This document shows positions 1 to 15,000 of a stretch of 53,455 nucleotides of DNA, piece after piece. Position 1 is the first letter of the stretch. Every line of letters starts with the position of its first letter. The DNA is from Hydrurus foetidus (lineage: Eukaryota). The notes beneath the pieces are model-generated. The model worked only from the letters and a program-made list of their open reading frames with translations. It did not search any database and had not been told where the DNA came from. The position numbers and the translations under genes are program-made. The DNA lies in contig UYFQ01000156.1 in assembly GCA_900617105.1 (NCBI GenBank), positions 1 to 53,455 of the forward strand. Reading direction: 5' to 3'.

Positions 1-3000
1 ATATTGTTTGTACATATGTGGATTATACGATACAAGCTCTTAATCATACTTAACATGATCGGTAGAAGTTATTTACAACATATACACCATATTACGACTT
101 AAATAGGAGTTTTGTGTACCTGCGAGGTTGTATAACTAACTAACTACGTGTAGATATGATGAGCTACATTGCAAATATTGTTTGTACATATGTGGAGTAT
201 ACGATACAAGCTCTTAATCATACTTAACATGATCGGTAGAAGTTATTTACAACATATACACCATATTACGACTTAAATAGGAGTTTTGTGTACCTGCGAG
301 GTTGTATAACTAACTAACTACGTGTAGATATGATGAGCTACATTGCAAATATTGTTTGTACATATGTGGAGTATACGATACAAGCTCTTAATCATACTTA
401 ACATGATCGGTAGAAGTTATTTACAACATATACACCATATTACGACTTAAATAGGAGTTTTGTGTACCTGCGAGGTTGTATAACTAACTAACTACGTGTA
501 GATATGATGAGCTACATTGCAAATATTGTTTGTACATATGTGGAGTATACGATACAAGCTCTTAATCATACTTAACATGATCGGTAGAAGTTATTTACAA
601 CATATACACCATATTACGACTTAAATAGGAGTTTTGTGTACCTGCGAGGTTGTATAACTAACTAACTACGTGTAGATATGATGAGCTACATTGCAAATAT
701 TGTTTGTACATATGTGGAGTATACGATACAAGCTCTTAATCATACTTAACATGATCGGTAGAAGTTATTTACAACATATACACCATATTACGACTTAAAT
801 AGGAGTTTTGTGTACCTGCGAGGTTGTATAACTAACTAACTACGTGTAGATATGATGAGCTACATTGCAAATATTGTTTGTACATATGTGGAGTATACGA
901 TACAAGCTCTTAATCATACTTAACATGATCGGTAGAAGTTATTTACAACATATACACCATATTACGACTTAAATAGGAGTTTTGTGTACCTGCGAGGTTG
1001 TATAACTAACTAACTACGTGTAGATATGATGAGCTACATTGCAAATATTGTTTGTACATATGTGGAGTATACGATACAAGCTCTTAATCATACTTAACAT
1101 GATCGGTAGAAGTTATTTACAACATATACACCATATTACGACTTAAATAGGAGTTTTGTGTACCTGCGAGGTTGTATAACTAACTAACTACGTGTAGATA
1201 TGATGAGCTACATTGCAAATATTGTTTGTACATATGTGGAGTATACGATACAAGCTCTTAATCATACTTAACATGATCGGTAGAAGTTATTTACAACATA
1301 TACACCATATTACGACTTAAATAGGAGTTTTGTGTACCTGCGAGGTTGTATAACTAACTAACTACGTGTAGATATGATGAGCTACATTGCAAATATTGTT
1401 TGTACATATGTGGAGTATACGATACAAGCTCTTAATCATACTTAACATGATCGGTAGAAGTTATTTACAACATATACACCATATTACGACTTAAATAGGA
1501 GTTTTGTGTACCTGCGAGGTTGTATAACTAACTAACTACGTGTAGATATGATGAGCTACATTGCAAATATTGTTTGTACATATGTGGAGTATACGATACA
1601 AGCTCTTAATCATACTTAACATGATCGGTAGAAGTTATTTACAACATATACACCATATTACGACTTAAATAGGAGTTTTGTGTACCTGCGAGGTTGTATA
1701 ACTAACTAACTACGTGTAGATATGATGAGCTACATTGCAAATATTGTTTGTACATATGTGGAGTATACGATACAAGCTCTTAATCATACTTAACATGATC
1801 GGTAGAAGTTATTTACAACATATACACCATATTACGACTTAAATAGGAGTTTTGTGTACCTGCGAGGTTGTATAACTAACTAACTACGTGTAGATATGAT
1901 GAGCTACATTGCAAATATTGTTTGTACATATGTGGAGTATACGATACAAGCTCTTAATCATACTTAACATGATCGGTAGAAGTTATTTACAACATATACA
2001 CCATATTACGACTTAAATAGGAGTTTTGTGTACCTGCGAGGTTGTATAACTAACTAACTACGTGTAGATATGATGAGCTACATTGCAAATATTGTTTGTA
2101 CATATGTGGAGTATACGATACAAGCTCTTAATCATACTTAACATGATCGGTAGAAGTTATTTACAACATATACACCATATTACGACTTAAATAGGAGTTT
2201 TGTGTACCTGCGAGGTTGTATAACTAACTAACTACGTGTAGATATGATGAGCTACATTGCAAATATTGTTTGTACATATGTGGAGTATACGATACAAGCT
2301 CTTAATCATACTTAACATGATCGGTAGAAGTTATTTACAACATATACACCATATTACGACTTAAATAGGAGTTTTGTGTACCTGCGAGGTTGTATAACTA
2401 ACTAACTACGTGTAGATATGATGAGCTACATTGCAAATATTGTTTGTACATATGTGGAGTATACGATACAAGCTCTTAATCATACTTAACATGATCGGTA
2501 GAAGTTATTTACAACATATACACCATATTACGACTTAAATAGGAGTTTTGTGTACCTGCGAGGTTGTATAACTAACTAACTACGTGTAGATATGATGAGC
2601 TACATTGCAAATATTGTTTGTACATATGTGGAGTATACGATACAAGCTCTTAATCATACTTAACATGATCGGTAGAAGTTATTTACAACATATACACCAT
2701 ATTACGACTTAAATAGGAGTTTTGTGTACCTGCGAGGTTGTATAACTAACTAACTACGTGTAGATATGATGAGCTACATTGCAAATATTGTTTGTACATA
2801 TGTGGAGTATACGATACAAGCTCTTAATCATACTTAACATGATCGGTAGAAGTTATTTACAACATATACACCATATTACGACTTAAATAGGAGTTTTGTG
2901 TACCTGCGAGGTTGTATAACTAACTAACTACGTGTAGATATGATGAGCTACATTGCAAATATTGTTTGTACATATGTGGAGTATACGATACAAGCTCTTA

Positions 3001-6000
3001 ATCATACTTAACATGATCGGTAGAAGTTATTTACAACATATACACCATATTACGACTTAAATAGGAGTTTTGTGTACCTGCGAGGTTGTATAACTAACTA
3101 ACTACGTGTAGATATGATGAGCTACATTGCAAATATTGTTTGTACATATGTGGAGTATACGATACAAGCTCTTAATCATACTTAACATGATCGGTAGAAG
3201 TTATTTACAACATATACACCATATTACGACTTAAATAGGAGTTTTGTGTACCTGCGAGGTTGTATAACTAACTAACTACGTGTAGATATGATGAGCTACA
3301 TTGCAAATATTGTTTGTACATATGTGGAGTATACGATACAAGCTCTTAATCATACTTAACATGATCGGTAGAAGTTATTTACAACATATACACCATATTA
3401 CGACTTAAATAGGAGTTTTGTGTACCTGCGAGGTTGTATAACTAACTAACTACGTGTAGATATGATGAGCTACATTGCATTGTTTGTATATTGTTTGTAC
3501 ATGGAGTATACGATACAAGCTCTTAATCATACTTAACATGATCGGTAGAAGTTATTTACAACATATACACCATATTACGACTTAAATAGGAGTTTTGTGT
3601 ACCTGCGAGGTTGTATAACTAACTAACTACGTGTAGATATGATGAGCTACATTGCAAATATTGTTTGTACATATGTGGAGTATACGATACAAGCTCTTAA
3701 TCATACTTAACATGATCGGTAGAAGTTATTTACAACATATACACCATATTACGACTTAAATAGGAGTTTTGTGTACCTGCGAGGTTGTATAACTAACTAA
3801 CTACGTGTAGATATGATGAGCTACATTGCAAATATTGTTTGTACATATGTGGAGTATACGATACAAGCTCTTAATCATACTTAACATGATCGGTAGAAGT
3901 TATTTACAACATATACACCATATTACGACTTAAATAGGAGTTTTGTGTACCTGCGAGGTTGTATAACTAACTAACTACGTGTAGATATGATGAGCTACAT
4001 TGCAAATATTGTTTGTACATATGTGGAGTATACGATACAAGCTCTTAATCATACTTAACATGATCGGTAGAAGTTATTTACAACATATACACCATATTAC
4101 GACTTAAATAGGAGTTTTGTGTACCTGCGAGGTTGTATAACTAACTAACTACGTGTAGATATGATGAGCTACATTGCAAATATTGTTTGTACATATGTGG
4201 AGTATACGATACAAGCTCTTAATCATACTTAACATGATCGGTAGAAGTTATTTACAACATATACACCATATTACGACTTAAATAGGAGTTTTGTGTACCT
4301 GCGAGGTTGTATAACTAACTAACTACGTGTAGATATGATGAGCTACATTGCAAATATTGTTTGTACATATGTGGAGTATACGATACAAGCTCTTAATCAT
4401 ACTTAACATGATCGGTAGAAGTTATTTACAACATATACACCATATTACGACTTAAATAGGAGTTTTGTGTACCTGCGAGGTTGTATAACTAACTAACTAC
4501 GTGTAGATATGATGAGCTACATTGCAAATATTGTTTGTACATATGTGGAGTATACGATACAAGCTCTTAATCATACTTAACATGATCGGTAGAAGTTATT
4601 TACAACATATACACCATATTACGACTTAAATAGGAGTTTTGTGTACCTGCGAGGTTGTATAACTAACTAACTACGTGTAGATATGATGAGCTACATTGCA
4701 AATATTGTTTGTACATATGTGGAGTATACGATACAAGCTCTTAATCATACTTAACATGATCGGTAGAAGTTATTTACAACATATACACCATATTACGACT
4801 TAAATAGGAGTTTTGTGTACCTGCGAGGTTGTATAACTAACTAACTACGTGTAGATATGATGAGCTACATTGCAAATATTGTTTGTACATATGTGGAGTA
4901 TACGATACAAGCTCTTAATCATACTTAACATGATCGGTAGAAGTTATTTACAACATATACACCATATTACGACTTAAATAGGAGTTTTGTGTACCTGCGA
5001 GGTTGTATAACTAACTAACTACGTGTAGATATGATGAGCTACATTGCAAATATTGTTTGTACATATGTGGAGTATACGATACAAGCTCTTAATCATACTT
5101 AACATGATCGGTAGAAGTTATTTACAACATATACACCATATTACGACTTAAATAGGAGTTTTGTGTACCTGCGAGGTTGTATAACTAACTAACTACGTGT
5201 AGATATGATGAGCTACATTGCAAATATTGTTTGTACATATGTGGAGTATACGATACAAGCTCTTAATCATACTTAACATGATCGGTAGAAGTTATTTACA
5301 ACATATACACCATATTACGACTTAAATAGGAGTTTTGTGTACCTGCGAGGTTGTATAACTAACTAACTACGTGTAGATATGATGAGCTACATTGCAAATA
5401 TTGTTTGTACATATGTGGAGTATACGATACAAGCTCTTAATCATACTTAACATGATCGGTAGAAGTTATTTACAACATATACACCATATTACGACTTAAA
5501 TAGGAGTTTTGTGTACCTGCGAGGTTGTATAACTAACTAACTACGTGTAGATATGATGAGCTACATTGCAAATATTGTTTGTACATATGTGGAGTATACG
5601 ATACAAGCTCTTAATCATACTTAACATGATCGGTAGAAGTTATTTACAACATATACACCATATTACGACTTAAATAGGAGTTTTGTGTACCTGCGAGGTT
5701 GTATAACTAACTAACTACGTGTAGATATGATGAGCTACATTGCAAATATTGTTTGTACATATGTGGAGTATACGATACAAGCTCTTAATCATACTTAACA
5801 TGATCGGTAGAAGTTATTTACAACATATACACCATATTACGACTTAAATAGGAGTTTTGTGTACCTGCGAGGTTGTATAACTAACTAACTACGTGTAGAT
5901 ATGATGAGCTACATTGCAAATATTGTTTGTACATATGTGGAGTATACGATACAAGCTCTTAATCATACTTAACATGATCGGTAGAAGTTATTTACAACAT

Positions 6001-9000
6001 ATACACCATATTACGACTTAAATAGGAGTTTTGTGTACCTGCGAGGTTGTATAACTAACTAACTACGTGTAGATATGATGAGCTACATTGCAAATATTGT
6101 TTGTACATATGTGGAGTATACGATACAAGCTCTTAATCATACTTAACATGATCGGTAGAAGTTATTTACAACATATACACCATATTACGACTTAAATAGG
6201 AGTTTTGTGTACCTGCGAGGTTGTATAACTAACTAACTACGTGTAGATATGATGAGCTACATTGCAAATATTGTTTGTACATATGTGGAGTATACGATAC
6301 AAGCTCTTAATCATACTTAACATGATCGGTAGAAGTTATTTACAACATATACACCATATTACGACTTAAATAGGAGTTTTGTGTACCTGCGAGGTTGTAT
6401 AACTAACTAACTACGTGTAGATATGATGAGCTACATTGCAAATATTGTTTGTACATATGTGGAGTATACGATACAAGCTCTTAATCATACTTAACATGAT
6501 CGGTAGAAGTTATTTACAACATATACACCATATTACGACTTAAATAGGAGTTTTGTGTACCTGCGAGGTTGTATAACTAACTAACTACGTGTAGATATGA
6601 TGAGCTACATTGCAAATATTGTTTGTACATATGTGGAGTATACGATACAAGCTCTTAATCATACTTAACATGATCGGTAGAAGTTATTTACAACATATAC
6701 ACCATATTACGACTTAAATAGGAGTTTTGTGTACCTGCGAGGTTGTATAACTAACTAACTACGTGTAGATATGATGAGCTACATTGCAAATATTGTTTGT
6801 ACATATGTGGAGTATACGATACAAGCTCTTAATCATACTTAACATGATCGGTAGAAGTTATTTACAACATATACACCATATTACGACTTAAATAGGAGTT
6901 TTGTGTACCTGCGAGGTTGTATAACTAACTAACTACGTGTAGATATGATGAGCTACATTGCAAATATTGTTTGTACATATGTGGAGTATACGATACAAGC
7001 TCTTAATCATACTTAACATGATCGGTAGAAGTTATTTACAACATATACACCATATTACGACTTAAATAGGAGTTTTGTGTACCTGCGAGGTTGTATAACT
7101 AACTAACTACGTGTAGATATGATGAGCTACATTGCAAATATTGTTTGTACATATGTGGAGTATACGATACAAGCTCTTAATCATACTTAACATGATCGGT
7201 AGAAGTTATTTACAACATATACACCATATTACGACTTAAATAGGAGTTTTGTGTACCTGCGAGGTTGTATAACTAACTAACTACGTGTAGATATGATGAG
7301 CTACATTGCAAATATTGTTTGTACATATGTGGAGTATACGATACAAGCTCTTAATCATACTTAACATGATCGGTAGAAGTTATTTACAACATATACACCA
7401 TATTACGACTTAAATAGGAGTTTTGTGTACCTGCGAGGTTGTATAACTAACTAACTACGTGTAGATATGATGAGCTACATTGCAAATATTGTTTGTACAT
7501 ATGTGGAGTATACGATACAAGCTCTTAATCATACTTAACATGATCGGTAGAAGTTATTTACAACATATACACCATATTACGACTTAAATAGGAGTTTTGT
7601 GTACCTGCGAGGTTGTATAACTAACTAACTACGTGTAGATATGATGAGCTACATTGCAAATATTGTTTGTACATATGTGGAGTATACGATACAAGCTCTT
7701 AATCATACTTAACATGATCGGTAGAAGTTATTTACAACATATACACCATATTACGACTTAAATAGGAGTTTTGTGTACCTGCGAGGTTGTATAACTAACT
7801 AACTACGTGTAGATATGATGAGCTACATTGCAAATATTGTTTGTACATATGTGGAGTATACGATACAAGCTCTTAATCATACTTAACATGATCGGTAGAA
7901 GTTATTTACAACATATACACCATATTACGACTTAAATAGGAGTTTTGTGTACCTGCGAGGTTGTATAACTAACTAACTACGTGTAGATATGATGAGCTAC
8001 ATTGCAAATATTGTTTGTACATATGTGGAGTATACGATACAAGCTCTTAATCATACTTAACATGATCGGTAGAAGTTATTTACAACATATACACCATATT
8101 ACGACTTAAATAGGAGTTTTGTGTACCTGCGAGGTTGTATAACTAACTAACTACGTGTAGATATGATGAGCTACATTGCAAATATTGTTTGTACATATGT
8201 GGAGTATACGATACAAGCTCTTAATCATACTTAACATGATCGGTAGAAGTTATTTACAACATATACACCATATTACGACTTAAATAGGAGTTTTGTGTAC
8301 CTGCGAGGTTGTATAACTAACTAACTACGTGTAGATATGATGAGCTACATTGCAAATATTGTTTGTACATATGTGGAGTATACGATACAAGCTCTTAATC
8401 ATACTTAACATGATCGGTAGAAGTTATTTACAACATATACACCATATTACGACTTAAATAGGAGTTTTGTGTACCTGCGAGGTTGTATAACTAACTAACT
8501 ACGTGTAGATATGATGAGCTACATTGCAAATATTGTTTGTACATATGTGGAGTATACGATACAAGCTCTTAATCATACTTAACATGATCGGTAGAAGTTA
8601 TTTACAACATATACACCATATTACGACTTAAATAGGAGTTTTGTGTACCTGCGAGGTTGTATAACTAACTAACTACGTGTAGATATGATGAGCTACATTG
8701 CAAATATTGTTTGTACATATGTGGAGTATACGATACAAGCTCTTAATCATACTTAACATGATCGGTAGAAGTTATTTACAACATATACACCATATTACGA
8801 CTTAAATAGGAGTTTTGTGTACCTGCGAGGTTGTATAACTAACTAACTACGTGTAGATATGATGAGCTACATTGCAAATATTGTTTGTACATATGTGGAG
8901 TATACGATACAAGCTCTTAATCATACTTAACATGATCGGTAGAAGTTATTTACAACATATACACCATATTACGACTTAAATAGGAGTTTTGTGTACCTGC

Positions 9001-12000
9001 GAGGTTGTATAACTAACTAACTACGTGTAGATATGATGAGCTACATTGCAAATATTGTTTGTACATATGTGGAGTATACGATACAAGCTCTTAATCATAC
9101 TTAACATGATCGGTAGAAGTTATTTACAACATATACACCATATTACGACTTAAATAGGAGTTTTGTGTACCTGCGAGGTTGTATAACTAACTAACTACGT
9201 GTAGATATGATGAGCTACATTGCAAATATTGTTTGTACATATGTGGAGTATACGATACAAGCTCTTAATCATACTTAACATGATCGGTAGAAGTTATTTA
9301 CAACATATACACCATATTACGACTTAAATAGGAGTTTTGTGTACCTGCGAGGTTGTATAACTAACTAACTACGTGTAGATATGATGAGCTACATTGCAAA
9401 TATTGTTTGTACATATGTGGAGTATACGATACAAGCTCTTAATCATACTTAACATGATCGGTAGAAGTTATTTACAACATATACACCATATTACGACTTA
9501 AATAGGAGTTTTGTGTACCTGCGAGGTTGTATAACTAACTAACTACGTGTAGATATGATGAGCTACATTGCAAATATTGTTTGTACATATGTGGAGTATA
9601 CGATACAAGCTCTTAATCATACTTAACATGATCGGTAGAAGTTATTTACAACATATACACCATATTACGACTTAAATAGGAGTTTTGTGTACCTGCGAGG
9701 TTGTATAACTAACTAACTACGTGTAGATATGATGAGCTACATTGCAAATATTGTTTGTACATATGTGGAGTATACGATACAAGCTCTTAATCATACTTAA
9801 CATGATCGGTAGAAGTTATTTACAACATATACACCATATTACGACTTAAATAGGAGTTTTGTGTACCTGCGAGGTTGTATAACTAACTAACTACGTGTAG
9901 ATATGATGAGCTACATTGCAAATATTGTTTGTACATATGTGGAGTATACGATACAAGCTCTTAATCATACTTAACATGATCGGTAGAAGTTATTTACAAC
10001 ATATACACCATATTACGACTTAAATAGGAGTTTTGTGTACCTGCGAGGTTGTATAACTAACTAACTACGTGTAGATATGATGAGCTACATTGCAAATATT
10101 GTTTGTACATATGTGGAGTATACGATACAAGCTCTTAATCATACTTAACATGATCGGTAGAAGTTATTTACAACATATACACCATATTACGACTTAAATA
10201 GGAGTTTTGTGTACCTGCGAGGTTGTATAACTAACTAACTACGTGTAGATATGATGAGCTACATTGCAAATATTGTTTGTACATATGTGGAGTATACGAT
10301 ACAAGCTCTTAATCATACTTAACATGATCGGTAGAAGTTATTTACAACATATACACCATATTACGACTTAAATAGGAGTTTTGTGTACCTGCGAGGTTGT
10401 ATAACTAACTAACTACGTGTAGATATGATGAGCTACATTGCAAATATTGTTTGTACATATGTGGAGTATACGATACAAGCTCTTAATCATACTTAACATG
10501 ATCGGTAGAAGTTATTTACAACATATACACCATATTACGACTTAAATAGGAGTTTTGTGTACCTGCGAGGTTGTATAACTAACTAACTACGTGTAGATAT
10601 GATGAGCTACATTGCAAATATTGTTTGTACATATGTGGAGTATACGATACAAGCTCTTAATCATACTTAACATGATCGGTAGAAGTTATTTACAACATAT
10701 ACACCATATTACGACTTAAATAGGAGTTTTGTGTACCTGCGAGGTTGTATAACTAACTAACTACGTGTAGATATGATGAGCTACATTGCAAATATTGTTT
10801 GTACATATGTGGAGTATACGATACAAGCTCTTAATCATACTTAACATGATCGGTAGAAGTTATTTACAACATATACACCATATTACGACTTAAATAGGAG
10901 TTTTGTGTACCTGCGAGGTTGTATAACTAACTAACTACGTGTAGATATGATGAGCTACATTGCAAATATTGTTTGTACATATGTGGAGTATACGATACAA
11001 GCTCTTAATCATACTTAACATGATCGGTAGAAGTTATTTACAACATATACACCATATTACGACTTAAATAGGAGTTTTGTGTACCTGCGAGGTTGTATAA
11101 CTAACTAACTACGTGTAGATATGATGAGCTACATTGCAAATATTGTTTGTACATATGTGGAGTATACGATACAAGCTCTTAATCATACTTAACATGATCG
11201 GTAGAAGTTATTTACAACATATACACCATATTACGACTTAAATAGGAGTTTTGTGTACCTGCGAGGTTGTATAACTAACTAACTACGTGTAGATATGATG
11301 AGCTACATTGCAAATATTGTTTGTACATATGTGGAGTATACGATACAAGCTCTTAATCATACTTAACATGATCGGTAGAAGTTATTTACAACATATACAC
11401 CATATTACGACTTAAATAGGAGTTTTGTGTACCTGCGAGGTTGTATAACTAACTAACTACGTGTAGATATGATGAGCTACATTGCAAATATTGTTTGTAC
11501 ATATGTGGAGTATACGATACAAGCTCTTAATCATACTTAACATGATCGGTAGAAGTTATTTACAACATATACACCATATTACGACTTAAATAGGAGTTTT
11601 GTGTACCTGCGAGGTTGTATAACTAACTAACTACGTGTAGATATGATGAGCTACATTGCAAATATTGTTTGTACATATGTGGAGTATACGATACAAGCTC
11701 TTAATCATACTTAACATGATCGGTAGAAGTTATTTACAACATATACACCATATTACGACTTAAATAGGAGTTTTGTGTACCTGCGAGGTTGTATAACTAA
11801 CTAACTACGTGTAGATATGATGAGCTACATTGCAAATATTGTTTGTACATATGTGGAGTATACGATACAAGCTCTTAATCATACTTAACATGATCGGTAG
11901 AAGTTATTTACAACATATACACCATATTACGACTTAAATAGGAGTTTTGTGTACCTGCGAGGTTGTATAACTAACTAACTACGTGTAGATATGATGAGCT

Positions 12001-15000
12001 ACATTGCAAATATTGTTTGTACATATGTGGAGTATACGATACAAGCTCTTAATCATACTTAACATGATCGGTAGAAGTTATTTACAACATATACACCATA
12101 TTACGACTTAAATAGGAGTTTTGTGTACCTGCGAGGTTGTATAACTAACTAACTACGTGTAGATATGATGAGCTACATTGCAAATATTGTTTGTACATAT
12201 GTGGAGTATACGATACAAGCTCTTAATCATACTTAACATGATCGGTAGAAGTTATTTACAACATATACACCATATTACGACTTAAATAGGAGTTTTGTGT
12301 ACCTGCGAGGTTGTATAACTAACTAACTACGTGTAGATATGATGAGCTACATTGCAAATATTGTTTGTACATATGTGGAGTATACGATACAAGCTCTTAA
12401 TCATACTTAACATGATCGGTAGAAGTTATTTACAACATATACACCATATTACGACTTAAATAGGAGTTTTGTGTACCTGCGAGGTTGTATAACTAACTAA
12501 CTACGTGTAGATATGATGAGCTACATTGCAAATATTGTTTGTACATATGTGGAGTATACGATACAAGCTCTTAATCATACTTAACATGATCGGTAGAAGT
12601 TATTTACAACATATACACCATATTACGACTTAAATAGGAGTTTTGTGTACCTGCGAGGTTGTATAACTAACTAACTACGTGTAGATATGATGAGCTACAT
12701 TGCAAATATTGTTTGTACATATGTGGAGTATACGATACAAGCTCTTAATCATACTTAACATGATCGGTAGAAGTTATTTACAACATATACACCATATTAC
12801 GACTTAAATAGGAGTTTTGTGTACCTGCGAGGTTGTATAACTAACTAACTACGTGTAGATATGATGAGCTACATTGCAAATATTGTTTGTACATATGTGG
12901 AGTATACGATACAAGCTCTTAATCATACTTAACATGATCGGTAGAAGTTATTTACAACATATACACCATATTACGACTTAAATAGGAGTTTTGTGTACCT
13001 GCGAGGTTGTATAACTAACTAACTACGTGTAGATATGATGAGCTACATTGCAAATATTGTTTGTACATATGTGGAGTATACGATACAAGCTCTTAATCAT
13101 ACTTAACATGATCGGTAGAAGTTATTTACAACATATACACCATATTACGACTTAAATAGGAGTTTTGTGTACCTGCGAGGTTGTATAACTAACTAACTAC
13201 GTGTAGATATGATGAGCTACATTGCAAATATTGTTTGTACATATGTGGAGTATACGATACAAGCTCTTAATCATACTTAACATGATCGGTAGAAGTTATT
13301 TACAACATATACACCATATTACGACTTAAATAGGAGTTTTGTGTACCTGCGAGGTTGTATAACTAACTAACTACGTGTAGATATGATGAGCTACATTGCA
13401 AATATTGTTTGTACATATGTGGAGTATACGATACAAGCTCTTAATCATACTTAACATGATCGGTAGAAGTTATTTACAACATATACACCATATTACGACT
13501 TAAATAGGAGTTTTGTGTACCTGCGAGGTTGTATAACTAACTAACTACGTGTAGATATGATGAGCTACATTGCAAATATTGTTTGTACATATGTGGAGTA
13601 TACGATACAAGCTCTTAATCATACTTAACATGATCGGTAGAAGTTATTTACAACATATACACCATATTACGACTTAAATAGGAGTTTTGTGTACCTGCGA
13701 GGTTGTATAACTAACTAACTACGTGTAGATATGATGAGCTACATTGCAAATATTGTTTGTACATATGTGGAGTATACGATACAAGCTCTTAATCATACTT
13801 AACATGATCGGTAGAAGTTATTTACAACATATACACCATATTACGACTTAAATAGGAGTTTTGTGTACCTGCGAGGTTGTATAACTAACTAACTACGTGT
13901 AGATATGATGAGCTACATTGCAAATATTGTTTGTACATATGTGGAGTATACGATACAAGCTCTTAATCATACTTAACATGATCGGTAGAAGTTATTTACA
14001 ACATATACACCATATTACGACTTAAATAGGAGTTTTGTGTACCTGCGAGGTTGTATAACTAACTAACTACGTGTAGATATGATGAGCTACATTGCAAATA
14101 TTGTTTGTACATATGTGGAGTATACGATACAAGCTCTTAATCATACTTAACATGATCGGTAGAAGTTATTTACAACATATACACCATATTACGACTTAAA
14201 TAGGAGTTTTGTGTACCTGCGAGGTTGTATAACTAACTAACTACGTGTAGATATGATGAGCTACATTGCAAATATTGTTTGTACATATGTGGAGTATACG
14301 ATACAAGCTCTTAATCATACTTAACATGATCGGTAGAAGTTATTTACAACATATACACCATATTACGACTTAAATAGGAGTTTTGTGTACCTGCGAGGTT
14401 GTATAACTAACTAACTACGTGTAGATATGATGAGCTACATTGCAAATATTGTTTGTACATATGTGGAGTATACGATACAAGCTCTTAATCATACTTAACA
14501 TGATCGGTAGAAGTTATTTACAACATATACACCATATTACGACTTAAATAGGAGTTTTGTGTACCTGCGAGGTTGTATAACTAACTAACTACGTGTAGAT
14601 ATGATGAGCTACATTGCAAATATTGTTTGTACATATGTGGAGTATACGATACAAGCTCTTAATCATACTTAACATGATCGGTAGAAGTTATTTACAACAT
14701 ATACACCATATTACGACTTAAATAGGAGTTTTGTGTACCTGCGAGGTTGTATAACTAACTAACTACGTGTAGATATGATGAGCTACATTGCAAATATTGT
14801 TTGTACATATGTGGAGTATACGATACAAGCTCTTAATCATACTTAACATGATCGGTAGAAGTTATTTACAACATATACACCATATTACGACTTAAATAGG
14901 AGTTTTGTGTACCTGCGAGGTTGTATAACTAACTAACTACGTGTAGATATGATGAGCTACATTGCAAATATTGTTTGTACATATGTGGAGTATACGATAC

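Noticed and set aside
130..153. Branch-point-like CTAAC repeats followed by TAG in the satellite monomer
   Set aside because: Simple (TAAC)3 microrepeat; no coherent exon-intron model gives a credible protein.
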